Part shown: in pieces, positions 50,831 through 61,740 of the stretch
Position numbering within the stretch: the stretch's first letter is position 1
Layout: each line of letters begins with the position of its first letter
Assembly: GCF_009834535.1 (NCBI RefSeq)
Contig: NC_045697.1
Span: 3,040,001 to 3,104,000, forward strand
Reading direction: 5' to 3'
Length of the DNA stretch: 64,000 nt
From: Camelus ferus
Lineage: Eukaryota
The notes under the pieces: model-generated
The model's database searches: none
The model's input: the letters and a program-made list of their open reading frames with translations, nothing else
What the model was told of the DNA's origin: nothing
Position numbers and translations under genes: made by a program

Positions 50831-51559
50831 TCTCCTGTTTTTTCCTTCACTCTCTGTAAGACTCTTGCGTAACTTTATGCTTGTCTCTCCCTGGAGGGCT
50901 GGACCACTGATGGCCAGGCTGTTACAGCTCAGCCACGTCAGCACGCGGGCCTTCCCCGGAGGTCCCAAGGGGCACATGTCCACTCACTGACATCTGTGGC
51001 CAGCAGGGCTCCTCCGAGTCACGTGTTAAGTTGTTTCTGGGTTTATTTTCACTTTCAGAAAGGATCCGAGTTGAGCTAAATTAAAGGCAGAGAGGCAGTG
51101 TGACCAAAAACCCCAGAACACCAAGTCCCAAAGACGGAGAGGAGATTTTGTCAGAAGCACACAGAAGAGCACTGGGCGGGAAAACTTTCGAAGCTGAGCT
51201 GAGCGCCTGACGGCCGGGGCTTAGGGATAGATGTGAGCCGTTGTGTAGTTCTCACTGTCACGTGGAAGGAAGGAAGGAAGGAAGTCGGGAAACTGGGGGA
51301 GGCAGAGCTGGGCCTGGCTGCCGTCCTGGGAGGGACTTGCCACAAGCGCCAGCACTGTGTGTCCCAAACCTTGTCAGGGTGTCCTGCTAACGCACCTGCC
51401 GCAGAGCCTGCCACCTGGTGGATGTTCACACCTCTCTGTGGAATAAACAGGGAAACAGCCACCTACTAAAGGCTCTTCTGGGACGAGAGAGCGCTGGTCC
51501 CACGTGTACCACCTGGCCTGCTAGTGAGAGAGTGACCCCTGTCCACTGACAGATCTCTG

Positions 51560-52200
51560 TGGTGGTCCCTTGGAAAGAGACTCGTTTTGAAAAACCCTGA
51601 TGCTAAGTAAGAACAGAATGAACTTTCCTACTAGAAGGCAAAGGCTGTCAGATTAGATCATTTAAGGGAAAAACAGACAAACATGTATCATCCCAAAATA
51701 GACACAATTTTTTCCCAGTAGATTGGAAGCCAAAGGAGGGGGAAGACGTGCCAGAAGCACAAGTAGAGAGAAAGCATGAGTGGCGACGCTAATATCAGAG
51801 AAGGCGGGAACTGAGGTGAAAGCGAATTAGTAGGATTAGCGGTACAAAGAGGGAACACGGGCTCGTGATGGCACAAGTTACAAAGCAGCTATGGCATTCA
51901 TGCATTTACACGTACCAGGCGGCGTGGCAGTGCAGGAGACCTTGATCGAATGCACGCGTGGCAGGCGATTTGAATATGACTCTTGAAATCAACATGGATC
52001 TAGTGAAAGAAAAAATGCAGAGAGCAATGGAATAGTGCAAACAGCAAGTTCAGTCTAGTTGATACATGAAAGAAATTCGTATCTTTTGAATCAGGTTGTC
52101 ACATGTCCATGAAACATTTATAAAAATGTTTATGTATGTCACTACAAAGAAAAGCTTAACAAGTTTTAAAAGTCTGATGTTTTCCAACTGTAATGCTGGA
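51560..52200 (+). mobile_element. Highly degenerate L1 ORF2 (endonuclease region) remnant
   Basis: A-rich; ggctgtcagattagat, gctaatatcagagaagg, tacaaagagggaacac resemble the 5' part of L1 ORF2. Confidence 0.5.
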
Positions 52201-52224
52201 AAGAACACATGCATTAACCTCAGG

Positions 52225-52720
52225 CCACCCTGAGTTCAAATCTCAGCTCTGCCACTTACTGGGTGTGTGTTTGGGTAAGTTACTTAAGTTTTCTGAGTCT
52301 CTGCTTCCTGGTCTTTAAAAAAAAATTAGCTTTCCCTCTCAAGGATACTCTGAGGTAACATTATGGTTGTGAAATCTTTTCATAAGTTCTATATATAGTG
52401 TAGTTCCCAAGTGAACTCTCTACCCCTTCTTACTTCCACATCAGTGTCTATTGAGTGTAATTGCACCCTCCAATGCGAGCTTTGCAAGGAAAGAACAGTA
52501 GTCAGTGGCAAAGGGCCACAATTTATTCTCACTATTAGCAATCCCAGTATGATTTTTGAAAAGTAAAATACATGAGTTAAAATTTTCACAGTTCCATGTA
52601 TTAGCTGTGTGATCTTGGGTAAGTTACTTAACCTCTCTGAGCTTCAGCCATAAAATGGCAATAATAATGCCCTCCTCCTGAGGTTGCAGGGGAGATTAGT
52701 GAATGTGTCTGCTGGTGCTG
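52225..52720 (+). mobile_element. Two MIR fragments (about 52225-52400 and 52595-52720)
   Basis: gagttcaaatctcagctctgccacttact...gggtaagttacttaa; tagctgtgtgatcttgggtaagttacttaacctctctgag. Confidence 0.8.
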
Positions 52721-54558
52721 CCTTTGTGGGGCTTCCCTATCCACTTAGCTCTCCTCCCAGCCCACACATGGAAGCAGTGACCCAAGGCTCCCTTGCACCA
52801 AAAAGTTCCTGAAGACCCCACTCTGACTTGGCACTTGGAAGACCAGCAGTAGACTGCTCTCTCCCTGATCTCTACTGACACGGTGCACCCTCTCCACCCA
52901 GACGATGCCCTCACCCTCCCTCCATCTTGTCTTAGAGCCTGGCAGGTGAGAGGAAGCTGGTTCTGCTGCTAGGAAGTGAGTTTCCAACTGCCCAAGGTGG
53001 CTGTGGGGACCCGGGAGTTTTGACAGCCTGTGATGGAGGACAGTGGACACAAGGGGGCAGCATTTCTCTTTCATATCGCAAACAGGCCAGGTGGACGACG
53101 GCTGGTGGGTGGCGGGTTTGCCTTGCTTTATGCAGGAGGTTCCCTAACCAGACAGGTGCACGGGGAGGGTGGGGGAGTGCGTGTCAGTGGCCTGAGAAAA
53201 TGTCTCCAAAAATTGATCTTGAAAACTCCCAAGGAGAATTGTTCTGGGGGTGAAGGAGGTGCAACGTCCCACCCCCTGCCCCGGGTCCCAGCGCTGGGAC
53301 TACGCTGAGGCACAGGGGGCACTGGCCAAAGGACTCAGTAATCCAGATAAAATTCTAATGCAATGTTTTTTAAAGCCCGAATTAATGAAAAAATCAATAA
53401 TGGACAAAGTATCAAAAACGTAAAGTCTGGCTCCAACCCTCCACCTACCCCTCTCCCCACCCTAGTCCCGGCATCTCTGGCCGCAGGTTCCCTATTTAGG
53501 ATGAAGGGCTTTGGACCCGGTGCTTCCTGAGGCCCCGTCTGCCCCACACTCGCTGGGACTAAGACCAGCTCCTCCTTTATCTCTCATCACAGTATATTTG
53601 TGCTGAAAGCCCTTTTCCCTGTAACAAAACCCAAGAGTGACGCATATAATCTCCCCATTAACTGCAGAGCGCTCTGCACTGAAATTTAACCCCTGTACCC
53701 AATTTCGGAAACGCTGGCCAAGAGCCCAGACCCCCTCTCAGATGCTGTACCAGGTGGCAGGGATACAGGCACGAATAAAACATTTTTATCCACTATGGGT
53801 AGCGACAAAGCATGACTCAAGGTGCAAACACAGGTGCAATTTTGGATAGGAGAGGGACCCACTAACCTTGCAGGGCTCAGCACCTGCTTTACGGGGTGGG
53901 AACCCTCCGTAGAAGTTTGTAGGATGACTTTTTCAGGTGGGCAGGAAGGAAAGAGAATTCCAGACATTAATAGTCCTGATGCACTAAAATGGCAAAGTTT
54001 GCTGATGACGCTATGGACAAGTGAGGGGGGCATCTGAGACGGGTGGTGGGGCTCCCAGGTCCACAGCCCCACAGAGTGCCACCCCCTGAGTGTCACCATC
54101 AGTCACAGCCACACTGTGAGTGCTCATGACACTTGGGGTCTGCGCCGGGGACTTTACAGACACTGGCCACCCGAGCACCTGGGGATGGCGCGTCTGGGGG
54201 GAGCAGGGGCCCTGTGGAGCGGCTTCAGCACTGTGCCGGGGCCTAGCCTTCATCTGCCTAGTCCAGGCCAGCTGCGGAGCCCAGGGGCTGCACTCCTGGG
54301 AGCTGTCTTCACAGCGGGTAGGAACTCCCTGGACAGGCAGGGCCAGCATAGTGTGGAAGGCGGCAGCAGGCATGTAAGCAAAGCTGCCCGTCAGAAGCCA
54401 GCAGCCCGGGGGAGTGCGGCCGTGCACACGGCCCTTCCACGCCGGGCCTCAGCAGGCCCTGGGGGCTGACCCTCCTCCCTGGCCAGGCTGTCGGGACCCC
54501 AGCGACCGCCTGTCCCCCTGCAACCTGCCCCCTGCCGCCCTCTCTCTTTCTCTTCCAG

Positions 54559-54613
54559 AATGCCAATCTGGCCCCTTGTGGAGCAGACCTGGATGCCAGC
54601 TGGGGCACACGAG
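54559..54613 (+). CDS. ABLIM2: ABLIM2 exon: NANLAPCGADLDASWGTR(E)
   Basis: tctttctcttccag acceptor, gtacag donor, 55 nt, phase 0-1. Confidence 0.9.
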
Positions 54614-55979
54614 GTACAGGAAGCGGGGACCCCGTGGGTCTCTGGCTGGGGCAGGGGTCACTAACATGTTTCTACAAGTCTCATTCCGAAACCTCCCCTC
54701 CAAGGCAGCTGGCAGAAGCCTCCAGACGTCGTGGTGTGGGGGAGTCCGGGGGAGCTCACCTCCCTGCCTCTTCCAGCCAAGGGTCCCCCTCCATTCTCAC
54801 CTTACCTGAGATGCTCCCCCGTCTCCCAGGTCCGGTGCTCCCCGTGTCCCACCCCAGGTGCCTACCTGCCTCCATCCTCCAGCACAGCCGACCCCATCCT
54901 GACTTGCTTGTCACTCCGGGTCACCTGGGGAGAGATCTGTGTTTGAATAACTGTCCCACGCCAGGGCCGAGGCCAAGCCAACACCCACTCTTAAATTCCG
55001 CGGTGATAAGGGAGGCAGAGCCACAGTGAGAGGCCCGGGGTCTGAGCCAACCCAAGCTGGGCCAGATCCCCCCCAGCCCTGCTCACCATGCGGCCTCCCT
55101 GGGCTGCACACCAGCAGGGCTGCCCGCAGGGAGGCTGGTGTTACTAGCGTGACCCGATCACGTGGCAGGTGCCGGCCTGAAGGCTCTGCCAGCCCTGAGC
55201 TGCCGGACCCCGCGATGCTCTCTCACTGTTGTCACTGAGAATGGCGGGGGCCAGCTCTCATGGGCTGGTTCACACTGGATGTCAGAGTTGGGGTCGGGGG
55301 GTGTCGCAGCCTATTCCCCCTGGCCAAGCAGGTCTCTGGGCTCGGAGGTGGCCCAGCCAGCACCCCACATGCCACGTGGGGACATCCAGGGACCCAGTGT
55401 CCGAGCCCCACACCAGGGTCTCCCTCCCGAGCCGGGCTTGCGGCCCGGATCCCGAGACACCGGTGTGTGGGCTCTGCGCGCTCATGAGGCCTCTCGTCCG
55501 CACGACTTTATTTCTTAACGAGCTGCTGTTAGTCTGGAAGAAAAACTTTTTTAAAAGCTAGCGTGCAGAGCTCTGTGTTTAAAAGGAGGAGCTAAAGGGT
55601 TAAGAAGGTAAGACAGTAAGAGGCTGGGGGCTTGGACCCCAGCGAGGCTGCCAGTCTCCACAGGGGGGGCGGTGGGAAACCAAGACAGCCCGGACCACCG
55701 GGGAAACAGCATCGCAGCCGGGAACACACAGGGCCACGTCCGGCTCCTAGTCTGGCCTCCAGCCTCCTGACCATGCCTCCTGCTCCTGGCTTCCCGCCGG
55801 AGACCCTCAGAGCCCAGCCCCGCCGAGGATTAGGGTCCCTTGCAGGCTGCTGTGGGAATCGGGGACGGCATGGCCCGGCCGACCGCAGGGCGGGGGCTGC
55901 AGGGTGGGGCTGCGTCCACCGTCAGGACAGTTCCTGCGCATTCTAACCCGGCCCGTGTGGTCTCCGCTCTCTCTTACAG

Positions 55980-55987
55980 AATACAAG
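55980..55987 (+). CDS. ABLIM2: ABLIM2 8-nt microexon AATACAAG: (E)YK
   Basis: ttctaac branch-like motif at 55941-55947, ctctcttacag acceptor, gtaaga donor; needed to restore frame between the 55-nt exon and the headpiece exon. Confidence 0.88.
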
Positions 55988-56191
55988 GTAAGAGGGCCGC
56001 CAGGCCCGCGCCGCCCGCCGCTGCCGCGCCCACCTGCCCAGGGTAACAGTCCCCTTTGTTGTGCTTTCCCCACGAAATGTGTGTGTCAGATGCAGGCGCA
56101 AGTAGGTACCTCTCCGTTGGCCTCGGGCTCAGCCCCCGTCCCGGCACCCGCTCGCTTCCCGGCGTGAGCCCGTGCCTCCTTCTCCCCGCAG

Positions 56192-56272
56192 ATCTACCCC
56201 TATGACGCCCTCATCGTCACCAACCGGATTCGCGTGAAGCTGCCCAAGGACGTGGACCGGACGAGGCTGGAG
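56192..56272 (+). CDS. ABLIM2: ABLIM2 exon, villin headpiece N-terminal part: [27 protein letters not shown]
   Basis: ttctccccgcag acceptor, gtgagg donor, 81 nt, phase 0-0; [10 protein letters not shown] headpiece motif. Confidence 0.96.
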
Positions 56273-56479
56273 GTGAGGGGGCCCCTGGGGTGAAGGGTCA
56301 CTTCTGCCGAGCAAGTCTCTGCTGCGGCCTCGCCCACGGGGTGCACACCCATCGCCCGTGATGTCCCCGCGGGGACCGCGCGGGGCTCGGAGTCGAGGAC
56401 CCGCGTGGTTTCAAAGGCTGGAGAACATGGTTATGTGCCCATCAAAGATGGCTTTGCAAAGAGGATCACAGCTGCTTGC

Positions 56480-58030
56480 TGTTGGGGGCAGGAAGCCTTC
56501 GTAGCGAGGCCGAACGTGGCGATGTTCGCCTGAGCACCGACACTGAGAACACCGGCACGGTTGTGTTAGCGGATAGAGGGACCCCTAAATTAGGAGGCCC
56601 ACCAAAGTGTGGGTTCTTGCCTGCTGGCTGGAAGAATTCACAGCTGAGGCAGAGGGACAGGGCGAGACTGCTTTTATTTCTTATAAGAGGAAAAGGAAGG
56701 AAAGAGCTCGAGCAGGGAGAAGGGAAGAAAAAACACCTGGGCGAGGAAGAGGTGCCGGAGAGGGGAGCCGGCGGCCAAGCGGGCGGCAGGGACGGCTCCA
56801 GCCCGGGTCAGGCCACGTGGACTTCATGAGCGGCTTCCACCCTCACGTCCTCGTTCCGGGTGTGACGCAGCCAATCAGCCGTTGCTCAGATGTTTTAGTT
56901 CTTGTGTAGGCTTTTCCGGCTGCTGTCAGGGCAATTGTCAGCTGTCACAGTGCTGGTGGGCGCGTCACTCAGTGTGCTGATGTGTTACGGTGAGCGCATG
57001 ACGAGGTTCGAGGTCCCCTGGGAGTCGGATCCTCTGCCATCTGGGACTGCGTAGGTTCTAGCCAGTTCTTGTTCCTTCTCTGCAGCTGCCTCCTGAGCCC
57101 TAGATGAGGGTCACTGGTTTCTAGTTGAGGGAGGGGCAGGGGTATGATCCTGGGGGCAACAGCCTTGGTCACAAAAGGGAAAGTTGGTTTTAATTAGAAT
57201 GCTTGCCATCTGGTGGACCCCGCATCTGCCCAAAAATCGTCTCCAGAGACTCTGTTCAGCCGTGAAGGTTTTAAAGGGAAGTAAATATTCTCAGTCAATC
57301 ATTGGGTTAGGTGGCCAGAGTCCTTGCCATCCCCCAGGGCCTGCAGGCTTGTCCCATCAGCTGCTCGGGCCTGCTCTTCTCTGACGCAAGTGATGCAGGA
57401 AACTGGATGTGGGGCGTGAGCAGGGCCGTGTCCCAGGCCTTGGCTGAGCCCCTGGGGCGTGCCCGCCAGGTGTGGGGCCTTGGCTTCGCGCAGGAAAGAA
57501 TTGAAGCACGAGCCACCGCTGAGTAAAGGTAGGTTAATTTAGAGAGATACATACTGCACAGAGTGTAAGGCCAGAGAAAGGGCCAGGAAAGAGGTGCGGG
57601 AATCGGGTGCTCAGGTTAGAGTCAAAGTAGGCACACACTCCATAGACAGAGTGCGGGCGTCTCCAAAGGGGAGGCAGAGCGCCAAGGGCCGCTCGGCGTG
57701 GTGGTGTCACTTTTTATGGGCTTGGTAGCTGCACAAGCCTACAGGTGGGACCCTTCCAACTGCTATGGGGAAGGGACTGGGAGTCCCAGGAATTGGGCCA
57801 CCGCCCATTCTTTGGCCTTTTTGGGTGAGCCTTGGGGCTGTCATGGCGCCTGCGGGCATGTTATTTGATCCCGCTGTTACAATGAGCACATAATGAAGCT
57901 CAAGGTCTACTAGGAGTCAACCCTCTTAATCCTCCAGGCCAACTGGGAGGTGAATCTTCCAGCATTTTTGTGTTAAATTGCTGTCATTCCTTGAGTGGCT
58001 GCCCTGCCCCCTTCCCTCCTGTCTCTTCAA
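56480..58030 (-). mobile_element. Cluster of two or three ERV1-like (MER4/MER41-group-like) LTR segments, antisense
   Basis: TG-starting ends tgttgggg (56480), tgttagcgg (56564) and tgatgcagga (57391); repeated gggttcttg...gaagaattca and ttggcttcgcgcaggaaagaatt motifs; antisense polyA-like ttttatt; CA-ending gggcaaca (57161). Confidence 0.6.
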
Positions 58031-58204
58031 GACCAGGCAGGCCTGGAAGAACCCCCATCTCAGACAGGCCAGCAAGGCTCCGGAGCCCTGATCTCCACCC
58101 TTTAAGACCAGGGTATTAACATCCACTGGGAGAGTGGCTGTGCACACGGGGGACAGGGACGCGGACAGGGACGCCGTTATGGCTGCAGCCCCGGGGACAG
58201 GCTT

Positions 58205-58600
58205 GTCCGTCTTGATCCTTTCTGCTGCAATGATAGGAACCTGACCCAAGGTGGTTTAAGCAAAAAGGGAATTGCTAGCTCCTGCGACTGATGGGTCCCT
58301 GCAGGTGGGGCTTGACCAAGTCTCCAGACCCGGATTCTTTCCTTCCGTCTCTTGACTGCCTCTGCGTGTGTGTTGGCCTCACTGACGGGCCAACTTTCAC
58401 CTCACCTCCTCTAGGCTCAAAGTGTGCAAGGGCTGGCTCTCAGGAGCCCCAGCCAACACCTCACCTCCACCTCTGGCTGGGTGATCTGACCAGCCCTGAA
58501 TCAACCAACCTGACCCAAGGACCACGACGCCCCTGCTGGCCAGGTCCAGCCACATCCGGCCCCTGCCCCAGAGCTACGGGAGAGCTGAGACCACCTGAGC
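58205..58600 (-). mobile_element. Old MLT1 (J/K/L-like) LTR fragment
   Basis: tgcaatgataggaacctgacccaaggtggtttaagcaaaaagggaatt. Confidence 0.5.
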
Positions 58601-60329
58601 TGAGTGGACCTAAGGGGGCTCCCAGAGGGCCTCTGGGACCTGGAGTCTGGAGACAGGGACAAGGGTGCTGGGCTCACACAGGCAGCAGGGGTCCAGCTGC
58701 AGGGAGGGGTGGGGCTGAGGCCAGGGAGCCCACGGATGCCACAGGCAGGCAGTACAGTCTACCAGCCGAGACTTGGAGTCCCTGGGGGCATGTGGGGCAT
58801 TGTGCTGGGCAAAGGACCACAGAGCCAAATGACCCCAGGGCCTTTGCTCAGGAGGCTAGTCACTTAGTGGTACATTTGGACCTCACTCCGGAGAAAAGGA
58901 AGGATGGGGGTGGAAATGTTCTGACCTGTGAGGACAAGTGTGGATGGTGCTGGGGGCTAGGGGTGGGGCAGCAGGGCGGGGCAGGGAAGCTGTGGTGGGA
59001 GCCTAGGCGAGCCCCTGGAGAGCTCCGAGCACAGGAGCACACAGAACAGGCCTGGAGTCAACCTTAGGGGTGCCCGCCACGTGGTTTGAAAGACAGGGCC
59101 CTGGGCAGCCCTGACTGGACCTCATGCGCGATAATCCCTGCTTTCTCTGCTGGGGACGTGAGCTTTGGTTCCTGCTGAAGCTGAGTCCTGATTAATTGTG
59201 TGGTCATATCCCGCTGCTGTAAAACGGGGTGCTCCCGCGGCTGGGGCTCACAGACCAGGAGCTGCCCGGAGGACTCGCATTTGTTGTGCATGAGTGTTCC
59301 TTGAGCCTGAGTGCCCTGGGGGCTCCCGGCTCTCCCCACCGGTGCCTGCTACTCCTGACACCACAGTGGCCTGGAGGCCACGAATCCTTTGGGACTGGCT
59401 CCTCCCCTCTTGGGACAGGGGTGCACTTGAACTGACTCCCATTCCCTACCTTTTATTTTGCTCTAATGCAGAATGAAATTGCAAAACATCAAGTGATTAA
59501 TATATGTAAATGTTTCTCTTAAAAAAAAAACCTCTGGGTAATGGGTTTAATCGCCCAAATCTCCAAGAACACACCCAAGGGTGCGTCTGTCTGTAATCAT
59601 CCTCTTCCTGATCTAAGCCAAGTCAGGAGGCAGATTGGAAGTGTTACCACAAACAGGGCCTCATCCCACATCCTTCAGGGCTTGGAGCTGGGTTGTGAGC
59701 CAGAAGGGAGGGGCTCGGGAGGGGCCGCATCCCAGCAGGAGAGGAAGGGACACTGATGTTTTCATTTCAGGGGAGAGAGCTTTATTTTTAATATAAAAAC
59801 AATTCATCACTCTTGTAAAAATCCAGAAAAATACCAAGAGGAACATAAACATCACATGGAATTCCCCCCAGAGTCATAACTCCTGCCATGTCTGCAGGCG
59901 GCCGGACGTGCCTCCGGAAGTCTCTTTTCCACAGATACCCAGAGACCACGGAATTCTGTGTGGGATAAGTGGGCTCACGCTGTTTATGCAGTGTGACATC
60001 TGCTTTTTTCTTTTGAATTTGATGTGAGCATTTTCCATGGCAATTAATGTGGATCTTCACATCCTTCTGGATGGCTGCGTGGCGGTCTCATGTCTTGTTC
60101 GGCACAGGGGAGGGTCCGAAAGGCCAGGCTGTGGAGTGGCAGGCCGTTGGCCGGGACTCAGTCACCTGGCAAAGGTGTGGGTCCGCCGTGTGCCCAGTAA
60201 GAGGAGAGGAAGGATGTGAGTGCACAGCTGGCGGTGCCCAGCACTCCTCTATCTGGTGGGTTCCTGGAAAGAAGACCACTCCGTCGAATGGTCAAGCCTC
60301 GTGTTCCACCCTTACCGCGTGTGCTTGTG

Positions 60330-60569
60330 GATGTGGCAAAGTGTATATGTGCCAGGCACTGAGCCAGGGCCCTGGGGACGTACAATGAGCAAAAACCAGC
60401 ATGAGCTCTGCTCTCACAGACTGTCTGATGGGGAGCAGGCATCAATCAACTGATTACCCAAGTGAGTGTGTAAAATTATACCCGGGGTTAGGGCTTTAAA
60501 GGATAGGGACGTGGGCCTGTGAGCATTTAAAAGGGGGTAACAGTTAACTGGGTGCAGTATGTTGCCTGC

Positions 60570-60606
<37 letters not shown>

Positions 60607-61130
60607 TACACTTGCACATAAGGTGAGGGATGCCAAGTAGGAAGAGAATTCCAGGAAGCACGTGCAGCACGTGCAAAGGTCCTGGGGCAGGAGGCAGCAT
60701 AGGCTGTTTGAGGAGAAACTGGAAGGAGGCTGTGGCTGTGATTGGGCAGGTGATGGACAGGGAGGTGGGGCCAGGCTTTGTAGGGCCCTGGGCCACGTTA
60801 AGCAGTTTTGTTTCTAGCCTAAAAGTGATGGCTTTTAAGTTGAGGGACTCTGTGATTATGTTTGTAATTAAAACAATGCTAATGCTGCATCATGAAGCCT
60901 GAAGTGGCTGCATGGATGCAGGGAGACTGTTTCAGAGGCAATTGGGTTGTCCCGGCCAGACATGATGGCATCTTGGAAAAAGTGGTGGCAGTGCAGGGGT
61001 GAGAAGTGGTTGATTCAGTCCGTATTCGGGAGAGTCCAGATGGCAGGACTTGGTGATGGAAGGTGTGTTGCGCTGAGGGGCAGGGACACACCTGGCGTGA
61101 CTCCAGGGTGGCAGGATGGGGTGATGGGTA
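60330..61130 (-). mobile_element. LINE-2 fragment interrupted by (TG)n
   Basis: tatgtgccaggcactgagc...; attccaggaagca...tgcaaaggtcctggggcagga...tgtttgaggaga...ggaggctgtgg. Confidence 0.7.
60573..60603 (+). repeat. (TG)n microsatellite
   Basis: Pure tg run. Confidence 0.95.
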
Positions 61131-61424
61131 AGTGATGATCACTTGATGCAGCAAGATTAACCCAGATTCTAATGATTGACATTCTGTCCTACGACGCACT
61201 GGACGAGGGAATTCAGCACGCTTAGCCTGGCAAAGTGAAAGGCTCCACGTAGGCACCTGGTGGCACATGGTAGATACACCACTGAGGGCACAGCAGAGGC
61301 TGGCAGCCTGCCTGTCTCCATCCTGAGTTCCCTCCGCTCACTGTCGGGGTGGTGGTAGGTGGCGGCTGATGACTTGATGGCCGCAGCATCCTTTGTGCAC
61401 TGATATGGCTGGCAGTATTTTTCA

Positions 61425-61740
61425 TTCACACAGACATAAGCATTTATTAAGACGTTTAATTTAAGGAATTGGCTGCCATAATCATGGGGCTAGCAAGCAT
61501 GAAATCTGCAGGGCAGGCTGAAAGCTCGGCAGGAGTTGACTGCTTGGAGGCAGAAATTCTCCTTCCCCGGGAAGGCTCAGTGTTTGCTCCTGGAGTGGGT
61601 GAGGCCCACCTCACTGCAGAGGGTAAACTTCACGTCAAGTCAAGCTGCCTGTAGGGGTGACCACATCTACCTTCACAGCAACCCCTGGCCTAGTGTTTAG
61701 CCCAACAGCTGGGCTCCAAGACCTGGCCATGCTGACACGA
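61425..61740 (-). mobile_element. MLT2-type (ERVL) LTR
   Basis: tttaaggaattggct...ggggctagcaag...gaaatctgcagggcaggc...gaggcccacc...ccttcacagcaacc...ctagtgttt...gctgacac. Confidence 0.75.

Larger units (their letters stand above)
3782..56272 (+). other. ABLIM2: ABLIM2 gene body, partial (15 coding exons visible; 5' exons and last exon lie outside the window)
   Basis: Exon lengths 88+59+78+147+33+121+99+102+54+53+142+62+55+8+81 = 1182 nt join with consistent phases into an uninterrupted 394-aa frame. It contains the LIM Zn ligands, AKLGDEILDYRDLAALPK, DNIYRKPPIY and the headpiece start [27 protein letters not shown]. These peptides match ABLIM2 as I recall it, rather than ABLIM1 or ABLIM3. Confidence 0.96.
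55850..56560. other. CpG-rich patch covering the microexon and headpiece exon
   Basis: Visibly dense CG dinucleotides (e.g. gcccgcgccgcccgccgctgccgcgcc); observed/expected ratio not computed. Confidence 0.5.
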
